This document shows, in pieces, positions 8,902 through 14,795 of a stretch of DNA of 32,000 nt; the stretch's first letter is position 1; every line of letters starts with the position of its first letter. Below the pieces are notes generated by a model. The model ran no database searches. It had not been told where the DNA came from and saw nothing but the letters and a program-made list of their open reading frames with translations. Source of the stretch: Ferroglobus placidus DSM 10642 (GTDB taxonomy: Archaea; Halobacteriota; Archaeoglobi; Archaeoglobales; Archaeoglobaceae); the NCBI RefSeq assembly GCF_000025505.1, contig NC_013849.1, positions 60,001 to 92,000 of the forward strand, read 5' to 3'. The position numbers and the translations under genes are program-made.

Positions 8902-9651
8902 TAGGATTAGATCTCTTATCGCCCTCGATATGTCTCTGTTCTTCAAAACTACGGCTTCGTCGTACCACCTTCTCTCTTTTAAGCTACCTTCCGAAGGCAT
9001 TATTATCGCCTCTTCGCAGTCTCTAACGTACATCCTCGCGGAGGATTTGAATTCCGAGCAGATGGCTACTTTGCTCAAAGTCTCTACTATATCCTTCGGA
9101 AGCTCGCTGAGGGGGGCGAGCAGATATATTTTCACACCCCTTTCACTTGCTTCGAATATCTCGGGCTTGTACTCGTAAACTATCCTAATAGATTCGTTGC
9201 TTGTGGCAGCGATGGCGAGCTCTTCGTCGCTTCTGTTTATAAACTCCTTAATCGTGCTTATCAACACCCTCCTCCCCGTCACTTCGTAGGAAATCGTGTT
9301 CGATACGTTTCCCCTTACACCTATTGACCTTACAATGTTAAGAAATTCCTCTCTCAATTTGAACAAATTATACAGTCTCTTCTCAACATCTCTTATGAGC
9401 ATCGAAGTAGCCACTTCCGGAGACACAGCGTAGTACCTTCTCGGCTTCTGCGCGGAAACGTAGATTAACCCTTTTTCACTCAAATTTTCCAGGATGTCGT
9501 AGATTCTCTGTCTGGTCAATCCAACTTCCTTGGCTAACTCGCTGACTGAAGCCCCGGACTTCTTCAGTAGGAGCAGGTATATTTCAGCCTCCGTCTTACT
9601 CAAACCCAGATCTTCCAGAATGTTTGTCAACCGTGACTTATATTCCTGCAT
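8875..9651 (-). CDS. TrmB-family transcriptional regulator
   Basis: The N-terminal winged HTH is LGLSKTEAEIYLLLLKKSGASVSELAKEVGLTRQRIYDILENLSEKGLI, followed by a roughly 170-aa C-terminal domain. It is transcribed divergently from the UbiD operon. Confidence 0.8.
   Translation of the reverse strand: MQEYKSRLTNILEDLGLSKTEAEIYLLLLKKSGASVSELAKEVGLTRQRIYDILENLSEKGLIYVSAQKPRRYYAVSPEVATSMLIRDVEKRLYNLFKLREEFLNIVRSIGVRGNVSNTISYEVTGRRVLISTIKEFINRSDEELAIAATSNESIRIVYEYKPEIFEASERGVKIYLLAPLSELPKDIVETLSKVAICSEFKSSARMYVRDCEEAIIMPSEGSLKERRWYDEAVVLKNRDISRAIRDLILSRFDELPN
9623..9631 (+). promoter_or_regulatory. Copy 3 (9-mer core TTTGTCAAC) inside the first 30 nt of the TrmB-like gene
   Basis: The context gTTTGTCAACc shares the 9-nt core with the two 11-mers. 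Confidence 0.2.
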
Positions 9652-9809
9652 TACAATGTATTGAAATTCAAAGCATTACTTAAACCTTTCCACCAGCCTC
9701 CATTTAAATTAAATGTTGGTTATGGAAACTTCCAAGCTAAATCTGTAAAATTGAAAATTTGACACAATTTTATCTACATTAAACATTACGGTAGTTTTTA
9801 GGTGGTAGG

Positions 9810-11339
9810 ATGGGGGAGTTTATAGAAAAAAAGGACTACTTCGGAGTGAGGTTTCCGATACCGAGAGATCTGAGAGCTTTCATTGAAATACTTGAGAAGG
9901 AGGGAGAGTTGAAGAGAATAAAAGCGGAGGTCGATTGGAATCTCGAATTGTCGCACATAGCAAAGCTGAATGAAGAAAGAAGCGGTCCGGCTTTACTCTT
10001 CGAGAACATAAAGGACTACAAGCCGGGAGAGAAGAGGGGAAGCAAAGTATTCACTTCAGCTTTCACAACTCCGAAAAGGGTTGCGATAGCTTTGGGAATG
10101 GACAGAAGCGCTGGGGTTGTTGACATAGCGAGAGAATGGATGACGAGAGTTACGAAGGGAGGAAAGATTCCTCCGAAGAAAGTTAGCGATGGACCAGTTA
10201 TGGAGAACGTAGTTGAGGGGGACAAAATTAATTTGCTCGATTTTCCAGTGCCGCAGGTTTATCCTCAGGACGGTGGCAGATACTTCGGCACGGCAGTTTA
10301 CTTATTAACTAAAGATCCAGAGAAGGGGAAGGAGTGGGTAAATCTCGGCACATACAGAATGATGGTCCTCGACGAGAAGAGCTTGGGTGTTCAGATTCTC
10401 AAGGGAAAGGATGCCGACGTGATGATGCAAAAGTACAGGGAAATGGGAGAAAAGGAGATGCCAGCAGCAGCAGTTATCGGAGGAACCCCTCTCGGCTTCC
10501 TAACTGGAAGCACCCTCGTCGAATACGGGACGAGCGAGTACGAGATAATCGGTGCTTTGCAAGGTGAGCCAGTAGAAGTTATCGAGAGCGATTTGACCGG
10601 TTTGCCTATAGATGCGAGGGCAGAAATTGTCGCGGAGGGATTCATTCCGGTTGACGAAAAAGAGTGGAGACCCGAGGGACCTTTCGGAGAGTACACTGGC
10701 TACTACTCAGGAAAAGCTAAAGAGGAATTTCCAAAGCCTTGGATTAGAGTGGAGAGGATAATGCATAGAAACGATCCGATATTCTGGGTGACAACTGTCG
10801 GAAGACCGGTTACTGACACGCACATGATTCAGTCTATAAACAGAACAGCCGAGCTATGGACTCAGCTCGAACAGATGGGAGTTCCGGGAATACAGTCCGT
10901 CTACATACCTCCAGAAAGCGGTGGAAGATTCTGGGCGATAATTTCTATAAAGCAGATGTATCCGGGACACGGAAGGCATGCAGGATTGGCAGCTTTCGCC
11001 ACAGTCGTCGGAAACTACGGAATGAAGGGAGTCATTGTTGTAGATGACGACATAAGAGCTGATGATTTGCCGAGAGTCTGGTGGGCTTTGTCGGTGAGGT
11101 ACAACCCGGTCGAAGACACCGAGATTATAAAGAAGGGTAGGTCAACGCCTTTAGATCCCTCACTGCCGATATACAAGGACTGGTACGACAGAAGGTTGCT
11201 GGTTTCGAGAATCCTCATAGATGCAACGACTCCCTACGAATGGGAGAGGAAGCCGCAGGTTATAGAGCTCGACAAAGAAACTGTGGAAAAGCTGAAGCAG
11301 AGGTGGGACGAGTTCGGCTTCGACTGGAAGCCGGAGTAA
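9810..11339 (+). CDS. ubiD: UbiD-family prFMN-dependent (de)carboxylase
   Basis: A 509-aa protein. Its N-terminus DLRAFIEILEKEGELKRIKAEVDWNLELSHIAKL and its overall length and pattern match UbiD. The Shine-Dalgarno AGGTGGTAGG lies directly upstream. The substrate cannot be assigned from the sequence alone. Confidence 0.9.
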   Translation: MGEFIEKKDYFGVRFPIPRDLRAFIEILEKEGELKRIKAEVDWNLELSHIAKLNEERSGPALLFENIKDYKPGEKRGSKVFTSAFTTPKRVAIALGMDRSAGVVDIAREWMTRVTKGGKIPPKKVSDGPVMENVVEGDKINLLDFPVPQVYPQDGGRYFGTAVYLLTKDPEKGKEWVNLGTYRMMVLDEKSLGVQILKGKDADVMMQKYREMGEKEMPAAAVIGGTPLGFLTGSTLVEYGTSEYEIIGALQGEPVEVIESDLTGLPIDARAEIVAEGFIPVDEKEWRPEGPFGEYTGYYSGKAKEEFPKPWIRVERIMHRNDPIFWVTTVGRPVTDTHMIQSINRTAELWTQLEQMGVPGIQSVYIPPESGGRFWAIISIKQMYPGHGRHAGLAAFATVVGNYGMKGVIVVDDDIRADDLPRVWWALSVRYNPVEDTEIIKKGRSTPLDPSLPIYKDWYDRRLLVSRILIDATTPYEWERKPQVIELDKETVEKLKQRWDEFGFDWKPE

Positions 11340-11362
11340 ATTTCTAATTTTTTATTTTCGAG

Positions 11363-12070
11363 GTGGTAAATTTGGTTAAGTGGATCGGCTTCGATTACGG
11401 ACAATGCTTGATGGACTCTTCGAACAGAAAAGTCGAGTACTGGATGGCAGCAGTTTTCATAGACGAAGAAAAGGAAAGACCGGGGATAATAAACGAGAAG
11501 GTGAAGCTTTACAACGAGCTGATAGAGAAGTACGGAGATTTTAGAAGGTTGCACGAAAAGGGGAGGCACGAGGTTGAGGAGAAAGTTCTCGAGAACAATC
11601 CGTGTTTGATAAAGAGGTATTACGAAGTGGAACAAAAGCTTCTAAAACCAGCGGATGGAGCTGAAGACGCTCTGAGGTATCTGAAAAAGAAGGGCTACGT
11701 TCTCGACGTAGTTTCTGATATGAGCACGGTGAACGTGATAATCAATTTCCTAAACAACTACAACCTCCGCCACTTCTTCTCCAACATCTACTCCCCTATT
11801 GGTGTTGTTAGAGAGAGCGGAGAAATCGACGAGAGCTTTAAAGGAGTTTCAAAGGAAGACGGAAGCCTTTACGAGAAGTTGAAGGAAGACCTCGAGAGGA
11901 GAGGAATTGACGTTTCCGAGGCTGTAATGGTTGGAGATCATCCGGTGAAGGATGTTGAAATGGCAAAGAAGTACGGATTCATAACCGTCCACTACGACGT
12001 GAAAGGAAAACCTTCGGACAAAGCGGATTACGTAATAAGCCACTTCTCGGAGCTTAAAAAGATATTTTAA
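11363..12070 (+). CDS. HAD-superfamily-like protein with non-canonical motif I
   Basis: Motif I reads FDYGQC, keeping the nucleophile Asp but with Gly at D+2. Motif II-like is VVSDMS and motif IV is VMVGDHPVKDV. The ORF-track start is GTG at 11363. TTG at 11372, 4 nt after GAGGTGGT, is a likely true start. Confidence 0.6.
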   Translation: MVNLVKWIGFDYGQCLMDSSNRKVEYWMAAVFIDEEKERPGIINEKVKLYNELIEKYGDFRRLHEKGRHEVEEKVLENNPCLIKRYYEVEQKLLKPADGAEDALRYLKKKGYVLDVVSDMSTVNVIINFLNNYNLRHFFSNIYSPIGVVRESGEIDESFKGVSKEDGSLYEKLKEDLERRGIDVSEAVMVGDHPVKDVEMAKKYGFITVHYDVKGKPSDKADYVISHFSELKKIF

Positions 12071-12079
12071 GGGGTCGAT

Positions 12080-13654
12080 ATGCCCATTTCCGGAGAAAAG
12101 TTCGAATTTAACGTTCCGGAAAGAATGAATTTAGCGGAGATCGTTGTTGACAGGCAAGCTGAAAGGTTTCCAGAAAAAACGGCAATTGTTTGCGTTGGAA
12201 GCGAAAAAATGGGAATAAAAGAGGAGAAGGTAACATTTAAAGAGTTGAAAGATTTGACGAATAAAGCTGCGAACGCTTTTATTAATGAAGGAATGAGCTT
12301 TGACGACAGAGTTCTAATAGTTTTGCCCGACTCCATAGACTTCTACATCGCCTTTTACGGAGCTATAAAGCTCGGAGCCGTGCCAGTGCCTGTAAACACG
12401 TATCTTTTCGAGGAGGATTACGCTTACTTCTTGGAAGATTCCCGGGCTAAATTTGCGGTAATTTACAGCGGTTTCGAAAAAGCTTTGAAAGCAGCTGAAA
12501 ATTCGAAGTATCTCAAAGAAGTTTTTACTGAAAAAGATTTGAGGGAACTTACGAATAAAGCATCTTCGGAATTCGAACCTTTAAAGCTCAGCAAGGATTC
12601 GATGGCTTTCTGGCTTTACAGTTCCGGAACGACCGGAAAGCCGAAGGGAGTTGTTCATCTCCACCACGATCCGATCTTCGTTTGCGAAAGCTATCACAGA
12701 AGAGTTCTCGGACTGAGCAGCGAAGACGTGTGCTACTCCGTTAGCAAGCTCTTCTTCGCCTACGGACTCGGAAGCTGCGGATACGGTAGTTTATACTTCG
12801 GGGCAACAGTGGTGGTTGATCCGGAAAGACCCGATCCGGAGAGAGCTGCAGAAATACTCGAAAAATACGGAGTTACAGCTTTGTTTACCGTCCCATCTTT
12901 CTACGCGAGGCTCGTAGAAATTGATAGGGATGTGAAGCATAAGTTAAGAATCGCTGTGAGCGGAGGAGAGCCTTTGCCGGAAGCTGTATGGTACAAGTTC
13001 AAAGAGAAGTTCGGAGTTGAGATAGTTGAGCATATAGGATCAACCGAGGCTTTGTACGCTTTCATCGGTCACTATCCGGGGAAAGTCAAGCCCGGATACA
13101 CCGGAGTCGTAATGCCCGGGTGGGAGGTTAAGCTTGTCGACGAGAACGGAAACGAAATAGTCGAGGACGGGATTCCCGGCAAACTTTTGATTAAGGGTGA
13201 CTCGGTGGCTGCTTTTTACTGGGAAAAGCACGAAAAGACGAAAAAAGCCTTTCTCGGAGAGTGGTACGACACTGGCGACACCTTCGTTAAAGAGGGCGAA
13301 TACTTCAAGTACCACGGAAGGGCAGACGACTTGATAAAAACGAGAGGGCTTTGGGTTTCTCCGGTTAAAGTTGAGAACGCTTTATTAAAGCATCCGGCGA
13401 TAGAAGAATGCGCAGTTGTGCAGGGATTTAACGAGAAAAAACTCGAGGTCGTTGCGGCTTACGTTGTTCTAAGGAAAGGATACGACGAAAGCGTTGTGGA
13501 TGATGTAAAAAGATTTTTGAGGGAGCAGGGGCTGAAAGGCTTCGAAATCCCTGAGAAATGGGTTTTTGTCAGAGAACTTCCGAGAACCGCTACTGGAAAA
13601 ATTCAAAAATACAAGTTGAGGATGAAAGAGTTTGAGGAGGCGTTTGGGAAATGA
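12080..13654 (+). CDS. Aryl-CoA ligase of the benzoate / 4-hydroxybenzoate-CoA ligase type (AMP-forming)
   Basis: Has YSSGTTGKPKGVVHLHHD and the C-terminal ELPRTATGKIQKYKLR. The ..TATGKIQ.[FY]KLR tail is what I associate with benzoate-type ligases. It starts 9 nt after the HAD-like gene. Confidence 0.8.
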   Translation: MPISGEKFEFNVPERMNLAEIVVDRQAERFPEKTAIVCVGSEKMGIKEEKVTFKELKDLTNKAANAFINEGMSFDDRVLIVLPDSIDFYIAFYGAIKLGAVPVPVNTYLFEEDYAYFLEDSRAKFAVIYSGFEKALKAAENSKYLKEVFTEKDLRELTNKASSEFEPLKLSKDSMAFWLYSSGTTGKPKGVVHLHHDPIFVCESYHRRVLGLSSEDVCYSVSKLFFAYGLGSCGYGSLYFGATVVVDPERPDPERAAEILEKYGVTALFTVPSFYARLVEIDRDVKHKLRIAVSGGEPLPEAVWYKFKEKFGVEIVEHIGSTEALYAFIGHYPGKVKPGYTGVVMPGWEVKLVDENGNEIVEDGIPGKLLIKGDSVAAFYWEKHEKTKKAFLGEWYDTGDTFVKEGEYFKYHGRADDLIKTRGLWVSPVKVENALLKHPAIEECAVVQGFNEKKLEVVAAYVVLRKGYDESVVDDVKRFLREQGLKGFEIPEKWVFVRELPRTATGKIQKYKLRMKEFEEAFGK

Positions 13655-14238
13655 GGATCGTCGTAGCTCTAACGGGAGCTTCCGGACAGATTTACGGAAT
13701 AAGGCTTCTCGAATACTTAAGTAAAACGGATATCGAGACGCATCTTGTTATCTCTCCGGCTGCCAAAGAAAATATAGAGATAGAGACGGAATACAGCGTA
13801 GAATACGTTGAGAGCTTGGCGGATTTCTGCTACGACTACATGGACTTCACGGCTCCAATAGCAAGCGGAAGTTTCAAGCACGACGGGATGATCGTGATCC
13901 CCTGCTCGATCAAAACAGCTTCGGCGATAGCAAACAGCCTCAACTACAACCTGATAATCAGAGCAGCAGACGTGACTTTGAAGGAGAGGAGAAAGCTCGT
14001 TCTCGTCGTTAGAGAGACTCCGCTTCATTCCGGTCACTTGAGGATGCTCGCCAAGCTTTCGGATCTCGGAGCGATAGTATACCCGCCAGTTCCAGCGTTT
14101 TACTCCAAACCGAAGAGCTTGGACGACATCGTAAATCACACGGTGGGAAGAGCCCTCGATCTTCTCGGAGTTGAGAACAACCTCTACAAACCTTGGATGG
14201 GCAGGGAGAGTATATCGGAGAAGGAGTTCAATTTGTAA
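13651..14238 (+). CDS. ubiX: UbiX-type flavin prenyltransferase (prFMN synthase)
   Basis: The N-terminus is MRIVVALTGASGQIYGIRLLEYL, followed by ..MIVIPCSIKTASAIANS.. and ..LVVRETPLHSGHLRML.. An ATGA overlap links it to the ligase gene (13651-13654). Confidence 0.9.
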   Translation: MRIVVALTGASGQIYGIRLLEYLSKTDIETHLVISPAAKENIEIETEYSVEYVESLADFCYDYMDFTAPIASGSFKHDGMIVIPCSIKTASAIANSLNYNLIIRAADVTLKERRKLVLVVRETPLHSGHLRMLAKLSDLGAIVYPPVPAFYSKPKSLDDIVNHTVGRALDLLGVENNLYKPWMGRESISEKEFNL

Positions 14239-14795
14239 TCGGCATCAAGCTCTGAAAATTTATTTTCCCCCTCCAAAACAGCTATTTTAATTCCGGCTCT
14301 TTTGCAAGCCTCCACATCTGATCTGCTATCACCTACGAAGAGAACATCTTTTTTGCTGACCTTAAGCGATTCGATCGCTTTTAATATTCCCATCGGAGAC
14401 GGTTTTAAAAGCTGAACGTCCTTTCTTCCTATAACAACCTCGAAGCTGCCGGCTATTTGAAATTTTTCAAGAGCTTTTTTCAAAACGTCCTTGCTTACGT
14501 TAGAAACCACCGCCTTTTTAACCCTCAGCTTTTCGAGAACTTCCTTGACTCCCTCTCTAAGCTTCCACCTCTTAAAAGCCTCTAAATCGTACTTGTCGTA
14601 GATATTGTCGATCAAAGAAATTAAGGATGGATGATATGAAGCTACGAAGTTGTATATCTCGGCGTAGTTGCTACTCTCGATCTCAATTCCCCTCTCTTCG
14701 AGAACGCTTTTCGCTTCTTTCACTGCCTTACTCAAATCCCAAGCGAAGTTGACAAGTGTCCCCTCAAAGTCGAAGATTAGTGCTTTGAACGTCAT
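14184..14795 (-). CDS. HAD-IA family phosphatase (phosphoglycolate-phosphatase-like)
   Basis: Motif I is LIFDFEGTL, motif II VVSNVS, and motif III the Lys in LLKPSPMG. Motif IV is LFVGDSRSDVEA. The ATG at 14795-14793 overlaps the stop (14794-14792) of the upstream molybdoenzyme gene, so the longer ORF-track start at 14831 is unlikely. Confidence 0.8.
   Translation of the reverse strand: MTFKALIFDFEGTLVNFAWDLSKAVKEAKSVLEERGIEIESSNYAEIYNFVASYHPSLISLIDNIYDKYDLEAFKRWKLREGVKEVLEKLRVKKAVVSNVSKDVLKKALEKFQIAGSFEVVIGRKDVQLLKPSPMGILKAIESLKVSKKDVLFVGDSRSDVEACKRAGIKIAVLEGENKFSELDADYKLNSFSDILSLPIQGL

Noticed and set aside
11234-11635. 133-aa minus-strand ORF across the UbiD / HAD-like junction
   Set aside because: It is antisense to a tightly packed plus-strand operon and has no motif support. 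The composition is typical of a shadow frame.
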